A stretch of 14,499 nucleotides of DNA, from IMG/VR virus record IMGVR_UViG_2617270990_000006. One strand, written 5' to 3'. The translations under genes and the position numbers were made by a program. Source of the DNA: a virus. Taxonomy: Duplodnaviria > Heunggongvirae > Uroviricota > Caudoviricetes. The notes under the pieces were generated by a model. The model saw only the letters and a list, made by a program, of their open reading frames with translations. It ran no database searches and was not told the DNA's origin. This document shows, piece after piece, positions 6,990-14,127 of the stretch (positions are counted from its first letter, which is position 1; each line of letters begins with the position of its first letter).

Positions 6990-7676
6990 TCACTCCTTCT
7001 CTTCTTTTCCGTAGTGGAGTTGGCCAATTTTGATAAGAGGGCGTCCCTGAGATTTGCGGTGTAGATTGGTATCGCGCAGAGAATACACACAGCCACAATA
7101 TTCCTGCTGATAGAATTTTTCGCGCTTGCTGATTTCAATCATACGGGACGAGCCGCCCTGCTTGCGCCAGTTATAATCCCAGTACACCATACCCGGATAA
7201 TGCGCAACAGCTCGCCGCCCACACTCGTTAACCTGCTGCATATTTTTCCAGCGTGAAATGCCCAGTGAACTGCTGATCACACTGAAACCATTTTCAGCAG
7301 CGTACAACGCTGTCCGCTCAAAACGCATGTCAAAACACATGGTACAACGGATCCCCCTCTCAGGCTCCCATTCCATTCCTTTGGCACGTTCAAACCAGTT
7401 GTCGGTGTCGTAATCAGCATCGATAAACGGCACGCCGTGTTGTTCAGCAAAGCGAATATTTTCATCCTTACGAATTAAATACTCTTTCTGAGGATGAATG
7501 TTCGGGTTGTAGAAAAAGATGGTGTAGTCGATTCCCGAGGCCTGAAGCGCCTCCATCACTTCACCGGAACATGGAGCACAGCAAGAGTGCAGTAGTAGTT
7601 TGTTTGCCCCGTTTGGGAGTTCCAATTTAGGCCGTTTGAAATCAGCAATAGTCATAAATATTTTTATTGGGGTCAT
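6990..7676 (-). CDS. QueH-like protein (DUF208, epoxyqueuosine reductase family)
   Basis: 228 aa. N-terminal [13 protein letters not shown] and C-terminal YCGCVYS conserved Cys motifs as I recall for QueH/DUF208. AT-rich like the neighbouring R-M genes. No convincing SD at either candidate ATG (7676 or 7655). Confidence 0.7.
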   Translation of the reverse strand: MTPIKIFMTIADFKRPKLELPNGANKLLLHSCCAPCSGEVMEALQASGIDYTIFFYNPNIHPQKEYLIRKDENIRFAEQHGVPFIDADYDTDNWFERAKGMEWEPERGIRCTMCFDMRFERTALYAAENGFSVISSSLGISRWKNMQQVNECGRRAVAHYPGMVYWDYNWRKQGGSSRMIEISKREKFYQQEYCGCVYSLRDTNLHRKSQGRPLIKIGQLHYGKEEKE

Positions 7677-7829
7677 GAAAATAGCACAGAGTGTAGCATC
7701 AGAGCAGGGCTATCGGGAATATATGTCTAAATCTGGTAATATCTGGTTTTGACGCAAAGCGGACAACCACGCTGGCTCTACCCTGCGCCATGAAAATGTC
7801 AATTCACATCTGAACTAATGCTCTTTAAT

Positions 7830-8225
7830 CTAGTAACGTCTAAAATACCTAACATTTCCTTGATAAAATGTCAGTACACGCTGCATAGCTTCGCTCTTCC
7901 GGCACTCGCGACAGATTATATTCAGGCGCCTGTCGTAGCGGCGTATTTCTCCGTCTGGTAACTTTCGAATCAGTGTCGGGTCAGCAGCCTTCTCCGGTGT
8001 CTTACGCCATACGCGATACGCCTGCTCTGATGGAAATACCCCGCAATCACAGAGCCAGACATCACCACTGGCCGCAAGCGCACCAGATAAACGACGAATA
8101 GCGGTCTTACTGACACCCGTTTTATCTGCCAGTTGTCGAAAAGTTTCTCGTCCGCTCAGGCGCACGAATTCCACAATGCGCGCCTTCACTTCTTCCCGCT
8201 CTTCTGGTGTAAATACTTTTGCCAT
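7830..8225 (-). CDS. Hypothetical protein with HTH-like segment and Cys pairs (131 aa from ATG at 8225)
   Basis: The track start at 8240 is TTG; the ATG at 8225 has GGAGG 5 nt upstream. LADKTGVSKTAIRRLSG is HTH-like; CDC ... CRECRK suggests a zinc ribbon. Confidence 0.5.
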   Translation of the reverse strand: MAKVFTPEEREEVKARIVEFVRLSGRETFRQLADKTGVSKTAIRRLSGALAASGDVWLCDCGVFPSEQAYRVWRKTPEKAADPTLIRKLPDGEIRRYDRRLNIICRECRKSEAMQRVLTFYQGNVRYFRRY

Positions 8226-8240
8226 AAGCGCCTCCGGCAA

Positions 8241-9011
8241 TCACTTTTCCGACACAATACGACCGGATGAATCGACAATCTGTCGAACAATATCCCGGTG
8301 CTTGTACAGCTCCCGCAGCGCGGCGCAGACTCGCTCCCACTTCTGAACCTGACCTTTTGCCCGGCGCAGCTCGCGGTTAGCCACATGCAGCGATGGTAAA
8401 ATCAGACCATCCGGATGTTTTCTGGTGAACGACGGCTGTGACTGCACTGTGACCGCCACACTTTCAGTTTTTATTTCTTCCTGTGTTTCCGCTTCCCGGA
8501 CAGGTAACGCAATACCTGCTGGCTGAGGAATGGCTTTACCATCCGTTTCCGCTACGGATGCAGCTTCCGGCTCTGCCGGTAAATCAGCGCCCGGTATGCA
8601 GTAACGAAATTTACCGTTCTGATTTACGCGTGCCAGGCGCCCCGTTGCTGTTACGACCGCCAACGTGGAAGCAACCTTGCGAATGCTAACACCGAACTTA
8701 TCCGCCAGTTCCTCACACGTTTTAGCCCCATCCTGACAGATAAACTCAATCATCATGTCCGCGGTAACTTTTTGTTCGACCTCCCCGGTCAGCATATCCT
8801 GTGCTTCAGATTTTACTGGCCGCTCTTCGGTTACCCGGGATTCACCTTCGCCAGCCAGAAACCAGGTGTGACCAGTTTTATCAACGACGCCATTTCTTTT
8901 GAGTTCCCACAGCTCGTTGACAGCCTCTTCACGACTGATTCCAAGGCGAGCTGCCACCACATGTGAAGAGGCTTTTTTCAGTGCTTTCAGTGCGTCAAAT
9001 ACGGTTTCCAT
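8241..9011 (-). CDS. Hypothetical protein with two winged-helix-like domains (256 aa from ATG at 9011)
   Basis: The track start at 9029 is TTG; the ATG at 9011 has GGAGG 8 nt upstream. Two HTH-like segments (AARLGISREEAVNELWELKRNG and EELADKFGVSIRKVASTL), an acidic linker and a basic C-terminus. Confidence 0.55.
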   Translation of the reverse strand: METVFDALKALKKASSHVVAARLGISREEAVNELWELKRNGVVDKTGHTWFLAGEGESRVTEERPVKSEAQDMLTGEVEQKVTADMMIEFICQDGAKTCEELADKFGVSIRKVASTLAVVTATGRLARVNQNGKFRYCIPGADLPAEPEAASVAETDGKAIPQPAGIALPVREAETQEEIKTESVAVTVQSQPSFTRKHPDGLILPSLHVANRELRRAKGQVQKWERVCAALRELYKHRDIVRQIVDSSGRIVSEK

Positions 9012-9044
9012 TAATATTTCCTCCGACAAAATCGTTTCTCAGAT

Positions 9045-9707
9045 TCAAATAAAACCAGCTGCCTTCCGGCGTTCGTATTCCTGTTTCAGCCGTTCAATTG
9101 GCGTTGGCCCTTGCGGGTGTTTCGCCCCTTCCAGTTGTCGTCGCACTGGCGGAACACTCATCCCGTTACCAACATGCTTTGCCCATTTCGTCAGTTGCCG
9201 TTCCGCAAGTCGTTTTAACTCACCCTGCGTCATCTGGCGCTCAATCCCTCTGGTACGCATTTCGAGGCAGATGTGGTACAGCACAGGCTGTGGCCACGGG
9301 TATTTATCACTCCCGTCGTATCGCCAGGATTCATTGCGCCAGCGCCGGTACTCTTCCATCACTGCATCCACCGTAAGACCAAATGGATTTGCCCCACTCT
9401 CCGAAATCAGTGCAACAAACTCAGCCAGGTCCGGGGGCCACGTTTCACCCGCCCGGCAGCGGTCCATGCACTGACGGCAGACCAGCCGGATTTGCTGTTC
9501 AGTCATCGCGCCAATCTGGGCAATCCAGAGCTTCGAAGGTGCGGCCCCGTTCTTCTGTGTCCAGCGGTTCGAATACACCTCCCCCATAAGCTCCCACAGC
9601 TTCCAGGCCGTTTCCGTTGCTGATAAATCCGTTGTCACGTTCCCACTGTTCGCGTGCTGCCCGGATTTCCTGAACTGCCCGTGATGCCGTGCCACCTGAT
9701 GCTGCAT
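9045..9707 (-). CDS. Replication protein P-like (helicase loader)
   Basis: 220 aa. ATG at 9707 with AAGGGGG SD 6 nt upstream. WPPDLAEFVALI, YPWPQPVLYHICL and MTQGELKRLAERQL resemble lambda P (PSPGQFVAWC, YPWKSNAHYWL, LTDAELRRKAADEL as recalled). Overlaps the O-like ORF by 209 nt out of frame. Confidence 0.6.
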   Translation of the reverse strand: MQHQVARHHGQFRKSGQHANSGNVTTDLSATETAWKLWELMGEVYSNRWTQKNGAAPSKLWIAQIGAMTEQQIRLVCRQCMDRCRAGETWPPDLAEFVALISESGANPFGLTVDAVMEEYRRWRNESWRYDGSDKYPWPQPVLYHICLEMRTRGIERQMTQGELKRLAERQLTKWAKHVGNGMSVPPVRRQLEGAKHPQGPTPIERLKQEYERRKAAGFI

Positions 9708-10515
9708 GGCTTACCCCCTTGCTGACTGGTTTTACCTGTGCCCTGACGTGCTGCACGTGGCGGGCAAATTTCTGCTCCCACTGAACCTGCGTGAAAACCT
9801 TCCCCTCCGCCATCCAGTAATCCCGGAATGCGGCAAGCTCTGCAGGTGTAAATTCCGGCTCAGGCAGAGCCATACCCCACACTGCTGCCCGTTGTCGAAA
9901 ATCCGACGACAGCTGCCAGACAGTAGTCATCGAAAATTTCCCGATCGGTTCGCTCAGGCCGTCCAGGTATTCAGGTTCGGCTGTCTGCAACGGCGCACCA
10001 TGCGACTCACCGGTTGGAGCACTCTCGCGCATGCGCGCGTTATGTGTGGGGTTTAATTCTGTATCTGTATCTTTATCTGTCGTGACTTGTCGTGACATGT
10101 GCGTGACATTTCGTGACGCGCCGTGACAATCGCCATTTTGTTCCCGCTTTCTTTCCCTCTCACGCTGCGCCCTCTTGCGCTCTGCCGGAGATTTTGCGGT
10201 TTGCGAAATATTGCCGTTGTCCTCTTTAAGCACCTGGCGTTTTTCCCATCCAGTGATTAAATCACCATCAAGTACCCGCCCCTGCATCGTCTGCAAAATT
10301 GAATCAATTACCTCTTCTGTCACGTCGAGCGCACTTGCCAAATCTTCTGTCGTGACATCAATGTGACCTCGCGTGACATTTCGTGACGCGCTCACCAGGA
10401 GGTGGATATACACTGCCATCACTGTTGCAATTGGCTGCCCTGACACCCTGGCAATTGTTCGCCACTTAGGGTCATTTGGCATGTCATGCCATAATCTGAG
10501 CCAGGCGTTAGCCAT
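9499..10515 (-). CDS. Replication initiator (O-like) with origin iterons inside the coding sequence
   Basis: 338 aa from the ATG at 10515 (AAGAGGTG SD); the track start at 10521 is GTG. Two clusters of phased CGTGAC repeats fall inside the gene and encode a repeated ASRNVT peptide. Sits between the cII-position gene and the P-like gene. Confidence 0.65.
   Translation of the reverse strand: MANAWLRLWHDMPNDPKWRTIARVSGQPIATVMAVYIHLLVSASRNVTRGHIDVTTEDLASALDVTEEVIDSILQTMQGRVLDGDLITGWEKRQVLKEDNGNISQTAKSPAERKRAQRERERKREQNGDCHGASRNVTHMSRQVTTDKDTDTELNPTHNARMRESAPTGESHGAPLQTAEPEYLDGLSEPIGKFSMTTVWQLSSDFRQRAAVWGMALPEPEFTPAELAAFRDYWMAEGKVFTQVQWEQKFARHVQHVRAQVKPVSKGVSHAASGGTASRAVQEIRAAREQWERDNGFISNGNGLEAVGAYGGGVFEPLDTEERGRTFEALDCPDWRDD
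10081..10127. repeat. Iteron cluster A: five CGTGAC repeats phased 10-11 bp (candidate ori)
   Basis: CGTGAC at 10081, 10091, 10102, 10112 and 10122. Preceded by an AT-rich stretch (10050-10080) and the palindrome CGCGCATGCGCG (10026-10037). Confidence 0.6.
10351..10391. repeat. Iteron cluster B: four (C/T)GTGAC repeats phased 10-11 bp
   Basis: Repeats at 10351, 10362 (TGTGAC), 10372 and 10382. The 21-mer GCGTGACATTTCGTGACGCGC at 10371-10391 is an exact copy of 10101-10121. Confidence 0.55.
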
Positions 10516-10586
10516 ACTCACCTCTTCTGATACCGAATCTTTTTACTCACGAGTTGCCGGAAGCGATTCGATATGGCTATTGTCAG

Positions 10587-11012
10587 TCAATGTACTGCCA
10601 CAGCATTTCCTGCCGGGCCACCACGGTTCATCTGATTGAAACCGGCGATTGCCACTGCGACAAAATCATCAGCGTCTCTCACCAGTCGCTCCCGCGTCTC
10701 CACCAGCTCCCGAAAATAAGCTGAACTGTGGCTGCGCATTCTGGCCACCAGCAAAGGTGGCATTGCCTTTTCGATCGCTGGTAACAACGCCTGAATTTTT
10801 TCAACTGCATCAGGGGTGTCTTTCTCTACCCAGCGGAAAATTTTCTGGGTATTACGGGCCAGGGCTTCCGGATGGCTGTCGTCGTACAGTTCCGGGAACG
10901 TCATCCCCAGTTCGAAATAAGTCCGGGCTATTTCAGCTGCTGGAACTTTCTCACCGTCTGGATACGCCCAGGCATTCATTGCCATGCGGATGTGTTCATG
11001 CTTGATTTTCAT
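10587..11012 (-). CDS. ydaT: cII-position regulator, YdaT-like
   Basis: 141 aa (E. coli YdaT is ~140 aa). ATG with GGGGGTGA SD; overlaps the cro-like gene by 17 nt. Assigned by position and length, not by remembered sequence. Confidence 0.5.
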   Translation of the reverse strand: MKIKHEHIRMAMNAWAYPDGEKVPAAEIARTYFELGMTFPELYDDSHPEALARNTQKIFRWVEKDTPDAVEKIQALLPAIEKAMPPLLVARMRSHSSAYFRELVETRERLVRDADDFVAVAIAGFNQMNRGGPAGNAVAVH

Positions 11013-11271
11013 GAATCACCCCCGCCTCTGGTTGTGTGTTAGCCTGATACTCGACAGGTAAGCCGTCGGTTGGGTTGGGATAAGTACTGCCATCAATCTC
11101 GTGCGGAGTTACTATCCAGCCTGTTGCTTCGCACCAGCGTAAAATTTTTTTCCCCGTAAGTTTCGCCCGTCCGGTAATGACATGGCTTACCATCCCTTGG
11201 GTTACCCCAACAATTTCAGCAAAATGCTTCTGAGTTATACCGGAATGATGCAAATATTCTCCAAGATTCAT
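10996..11271 (-). CDS. ydaS: Cro-like HTH regulator (YdaS-like)
   Basis: 91 aa. ATG with GAGGTG SD. HTH segment GITQKHFAEIVGVTQGMVSHVITGR. Divergent from the repressor gene across the operator region. Confidence 0.6.
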   Translation of the reverse strand: MNLGEYLHHSGITQKHFAEIVGVTQGMVSHVITGRAKLTGKKILRWCEATGWIVTPHEIDGSTYPNPTDGLPVEYQANTQPEAGVIHENQA

Positions 11272-11283
11272 TGTTCACCTCAT

Positions 11284-11345
11284 GTGATGTCATCACGATC
11301 ATTAATAGCATTGTTATTTTTAAAAGTAAATAGCATCACTATTTC
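11284..11345. promoter_or_regulatory. OR-like operator/promoter region between cro-like and repressor genes
   Basis: Two AATAG-N5-CTATT-type sites (11304-11318 with one mismatch, 11331-11345) 27 bp apart, plus a 13-bp palindrome GTGATGTCATCAC (11284-11296). Candidate minus-strand promoter TTTACT-N17-TATTAA (plus 11325-11330 and 11302-11307) overlaps the sites. Confidence 0.55.
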
Positions 11346-11378
11346 AAAGAGATTAATAATCTTATTAGAATTGAAGGT

Positions 11379-11879
11379 ATGAAAAGAAAATCCCTGTCAG
11401 AGATCGACCTGCAAGCCGCCCAGAGACTGAAAGAAATCTGGACGGCGAAAAAAAATCAACTAGGGTTAACCCAAGAGCGTGCGGCAGAAATTCTGGGATT
11501 TTCGACACAGGGAGCTGTAAGCCATTATCTAAATGGTCAGACACCTTTAAATCTTGAGGCTGTTATCAAGTTCGCAGGGTTGCTGCAAGTTCCTCCCGAG
11601 TCAATCAGACCAGATATGGCCGAGTTGTTACAAATTGTAAGGATGTATCCCCAAGAATCTGGGGAGGACAATGTTGTCACTATATCTGCAGATATGGAAC
11701 AATCGGAAAACGAACTTCCGTTTAATATAGACCCCATGGAGCGGGATTTGCTCCAGACGTTCAGGGCTTTCCCCAAAGAAGATAAAGAGAAAATGCTTAA
11801 GGAAATGAAGGAGAAAAAAGAATCAATTGAAGAAATCGTTGCGCGATGGCTAGCTGCGCAAAAGGGTCGTCGCGCCTAA
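11379..11879 (+). CDS. paaR: Prophage repressor, HTH-XRE type without a LexA-like cleavage domain (PaaR-like)
   Basis: 166 aa. HTH LGLTQERAAEILGFSTQGAVSHYLNGQ. C-terminus is acidic/Lys-rich with no Ala-Gly or Ser/Lys peptidase motifs. First gene of a three-gene operon in the cI position. Confidence 0.7.
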   Translation: MKRKSLSEIDLQAAQRLKEIWTAKKNQLGLTQERAAEILGFSTQGAVSHYLNGQTPLNLEAVIKFAGLLQVPPESIRPDMAELLQIVRMYPQESGEDNVVTISADMEQSENELPFNIDPMERDLLQTFRAFPKEDKEKMLKEMKEKKESIEEIVARWLAAQKGRRA

Positions 11880-11896
11880 TCTGAGGAGGTAAAAAC

Positions 11897-12088
11897 ATGA
11901 GTACAGCCCTTTCCCCGATAATTTCTGAATTTGAAACAGTCGAACAAGAAAACAGCTATAACGAATGGTTGCGAACCAAAGTGGCAGCAAGCCTCTCAGA
12001 TCCCCGTCCTGCAATTCCACATGACGAAGTAATGGCTGAAATGGAAAACCTTATTGCTCAATTAGCTGCAACGAACAGGAGTGAGTAA
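11897..12088 (+). CDS. paaA: Antitoxin of the ParE toxin (PaaA-like)
   Basis: 63 aa. GAGGAGG SD 7 nt upstream. Stop overlaps the toxin start (TAATG). Length and context match the PaaA2 antitoxin of the paaR2-paaA2-parE2 system as recalled. Confidence 0.65.
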   Translation: MSTALSPIISEFETVEQENSYNEWLRTKVAASLSDPRPAIPHDEVMAEMENLIAQLAATNRSE

Positions 12089-12378
12089 TGCTGCCCATTT
12101 TATGGCTACCTTCTGCACGTGATGATTTACGTCAGATCGTAGCCTATATTGCTAAGGAAAACCCTCCCGCTGCACGTAGACTAAAAATACGCATTGAAAC
12201 ATCAGTTTTGTCACTTACTGAACACCCTTATCTGTACCCACCGAGCGAAAGAGTTCCAAGTCTTCGTGAGATAGTGACTCATCCTAACTACATAATACTT
12301 TACCGAGTAACAGCATCTAACATCGAGATCGTAAATGTAGTTCACTCACGAAGACAGTATCCAAACAAAACCTGTTAA
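12088..12378 (+). CDS. parE: ParE/RelE-superfamily toxin
   Basis: 96 aa. ParE-like pattern: WLPSARDDLRQIVAYIAKENPPAARRL ... LREIVTHPNYIILYRV ... IEIVNVVHSRR. AGGAG SD; coupled to the antitoxin. Confidence 0.85.
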   Translation: MLPILWLPSARDDLRQIVAYIAKENPPAARRLKIRIETSVLSLTEHPYLYPPSERVPSLREIVTHPNYIILYRVTASNIEIVNVVHSRRQYPNKTC

Positions 12379-12392
12379 TCCTTCCTGTCAAC

Positions 12393-12417
12393 AACCACCT
12401 TCGGGTGGTTTTTTTCT
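12393..12417 (+). terminator. Intrinsic terminator after parE
   Basis: Hairpin AACCACC-TTCG-GGTGGTT followed by TTTTTTTC. Confidence 0.7.
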
Positions 12418-12426
12418 TGCCACGAT

Positions 12427-12468
12427 AATAGCACTGCTATTTACATAATTAAATAGTAGTGGTATTGT
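12427..12468 (+). promoter_or_regulatory. OL/PL-like operator-promoter for the early-left operon
   Basis: AATAGCACTGCTATT (12427-12441, perfect palindrome) and AATAGTAGTGGTATT (12452-12466), the same AATAG-N5-CTATT motif as at OR. They overlap a candidate promoter TTTACA (12440-12445), 17-nt spacer, TATTGT (12463-12468). Confidence 0.5.
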
Positions 12469-12647
12469 TCATTCATCAACCCACCCCGCCCCACAGAACG
12501 CCAGGCAATACTTCGAGTTACCCGGCAGTGGTCAGGGGTTAAGTAGCCAGCCCGAGGCGTATGAACATGACGGCGGGAACACTTTATATAACAGCGCAGC
12601 AGTTTTTTAGTTCCGCTACCCCGGCGTTAAGGGGAAATGAGGTCAGC

Positions 12648-12803
12648 ATGGATACTATCGATCTTGGCAACAATGAATCTCTGGTGTACGGCGTGTTTCC
12701 CAACCAGGACGGCACATTCACCGCGATGACGTATACCAAAAGCAAAACGTTTAAAACCGAAAATGGTGCCCGTCGCTGGCTGGAAAGAAACTCAGGTGAG
12801 TGA
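12648..12803 (+). CDS. ydfA: YdfA-like small protein (51 aa)
   Basis: ATG at 12648 with GAGG SD 5 nt upstream, preferred over the track start at 12561 (no SD). 51 aa matches Qin YdfA length; first gene after the PL-like promoter. Confidence 0.55.
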   Translation: MDTIDLGNNESLVYGVFPNQDGTFTAMTYTKSKTFKTENGARRWLERNSGE

Positions 12804-12804
12804 T

Positions 12805-12933
12805 ATGGATTTCGACACAATCATGGAAAAGGCTTACGAAGAATACTTCGAAGGCCTTGCCGAAGGCGAAGAAGCTCTCAGCTTCAGTGAGTTTAAACAG
12901 GCGCTTTCCAGCTCGGCAAAATCTAACGGCTGA
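12805..12933 (+). CDS. ydfB: YdfB-like small protein (42 aa; below the ORF-track cut-off)
   Basis: Hand-translated: MDFDTIMEKAYEEYFEGLAEGEEALSFSEFKQALSSSAKSNG. AGGTGA SD 5 nt upstream; starts 1 nt after the ydfA-like stop. Length matches Qin YdfB. Confidence 0.5.
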   Translation: MDFDTIMEKAYEEYFEGLAEGEEALSFSEFKQALSSSAKSNG

Positions 12934-12962
12934 TAAGCGAAACAGCACCGCGAGGAATCAGT

Positions 12963-13181
12963 ATGCAGAAACGAGAACCCGTCATCATCGCGCCAGACTA
13001 TACCGATGATGAACTTTATGAGTGGATGCACCAGAAAATTAATGCAGCGCAGGATCTGAAATGGGCCAATGAAGCCAGGGCTAAGCAGGCTGAAAATCTG
13101 TCCGCTCTGGAGCAGGATATCACTAATCTGGAAAAAGCAGCGGCATTAAGCATTGCCAGAATGATTACATACCCGCGTTAA
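12963..13181 (+). CDS. ydfC: YdfC-like small protein (72 aa)
   Basis: ATG with GAGGA SD 6 nt upstream. 72 aa matches Qin YdfC; third gene of a ydfA-ydfB-ydfC-like array. Confidence 0.6.
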   Translation: MQKREPVIIAPDYTDDELYEWMHQKINAAQDLKWANEARAKQAENLSALEQDITNLEKAAALSIARMITYPR

Positions 13182-13236
13182 TAGCTAACCAACGTGAACC
13201 GCCCCGGGTTTCCTGGAGAGTGTTTTATCTGTGAAC

Positions 13237-14127
13237 TCAGGCTGCCAGATCATCGTTTCCGATGGAAGCATAATAAGCTTTTTCTGCTTCTGCCGGAGGA
13301 GTATGGCCCAGCCTTCCCAGCAATCGTCGATTGTTATACCAGTCCACCCACGTTAGTGTGGCCAGTTCCACTTCTGCACGGTTTTTCCAGCTCTTACGGT
13401 GTATTACCTCCGCTTTGTAAAGACCATTGATGCTCTCAGCCATCGCGTTGTCATACGAGTCGCCTGTACTCCCTGTTGATGCCAGTAATCCGGCTTCTTT
13501 TAGTCGCTCCGTATAGGCCAGTGACACATACTGAGAGCCTTTATCGCTGTGATGGATGGTGCCAGACGGACGACGGGCCCACAACGCCTGCTCCAGCGCA
13601 TCCAGCACGAATGTCGTTTCCATAGACGATGAGACCCGCCACCCCACGATGTATCCGGCAAACACATCAATGATAAACGCCACATAGACGAAGCCCTGCC
13701 ATGTGCTGACGTAAGTAAAATCAGCCACCCACAGCTGGTCAGGTCGTTCTGCCACGAACTGACGGTTTACGCGGTCGCCTGCGGCAACGGCTTTCCGGCT
13801 GATGGTCGTACGGACCTTTTTACCCCGGAGAACACCGGCAAGTCCCATAACCGCCATGAGACGTGCCACTGTACATCTGGCCACCCTGATTCCTTCCCGT
13901 AACAACTGACGCCAGACTTTACGCACACCGTACACCTGATGATTTTCATCGTATACGCGCTGTATCTCTCTCTTCAGCCAGTCGTCGTGCTGCGCACGGG
14001 CACTGCGTTTATCCGGATGATGTCGCTGTTGCTGACAATGGTAATACGTTGACGGGGCAATATGCAGTTCGCTGCATACCGGTCCGACCCCGTACTGCTC
14101 ACGCAGCTTATCCAGCAGTGGCATCAT
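13237..14127 (-). CDS. IS3-family transposase OrfB (integrase core, DDE)
   Basis: 296 aa matching IS629 OrfB as recalled ([16 protein letters not shown] ...). DDE residues in [17 protein letters not shown] and [15 protein letters not shown] overlap with orfA. Confidence 0.9.
   Translation of the reverse strand: MMPLLDKLREQYGVGPVCSELHIAPSTYYHCQQQRHHPDKRSARAQHDDWLKREIQRVYDENHQVYGVRKVWRQLLREGIRVARCTVARLMAVMGLAGVLRGKKVRTTISRKAVAAGDRVNRQFVAERPDQLWVADFTYVSTWQGFVYVAFIIDVFAGYIVGWRVSSSMETTFVLDALEQALWARRPSGTIHHSDKGSQYVSLAYTERLKEAGLLASTGSTGDSYDNAMAESINGLYKAEVIHRKSWKNRAEVELATLTWVDWYNNRRLLGRLGHTPPAEAEKAYYASIGNDDLAA

Larger units (their letters stand above)
1..13194. mobile_element. Lambdoid prophage segment (immunity, replication, nin/Q, start of late region); continues beyond left edge
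   Basis: Lambdoid synteny on minus strand: cro-like, cII-position gene, O-like with internal iterons, P-like, rusA, Q, promoter/terminator, tRNA; divergent repressor operon flanked by shared operator motifs. Confidence 0.85.

Noticed and set aside
8122-8386. Minus-strand ORFs of 72 and 66 aa overlapping the 131-aa and 256-aa genes
   Set aside because: Alternative frames across the junction of two coupled genes; Arg/Cys-rich translations typical of off-frame reading.
8483-10056. Plus-strand ORFs (up to 191 aa) across the P-like and O-like genes
   Set aside because: Antisense to the replication genes; Ser/Pro/Arg-rich low-complexity translations, no SDs.
10175-11005. Plus-strand ORFs (63, 88 and 118 aa) across the initiator and YdaT-like genes
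   Set aside because: Antisense shadow frames of supported genes.
11182-11382. Plus-strand ORF of 66 aa spanning the operator region
   Set aside because: It crosses the promoter/operator intergenic region and the start of the cro-like gene on the opposite strand; no SD.
11537-11776. Minus-strand ORF of 79 aa inside the repressor gene
   Set aside because: Antisense shadow frame of a supported gene.
12561-12647. Upstream extension of the ydfA-like gene (80-aa version)
   Set aside because: No SD at 12561, whereas the ATG at 12648 has GAGG at ideal spacing and gives the 51-aa length expected of YdfA.
12584-13031. Plus ORF 12800-13009 (69 aa) and minus ORFs (78, 65 and 65 aa) over the ydfA/B/C region
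   Set aside because: They overlap three compact, SD-equipped small genes in other frames; the 69-aa ORF is basic and low-complexity.
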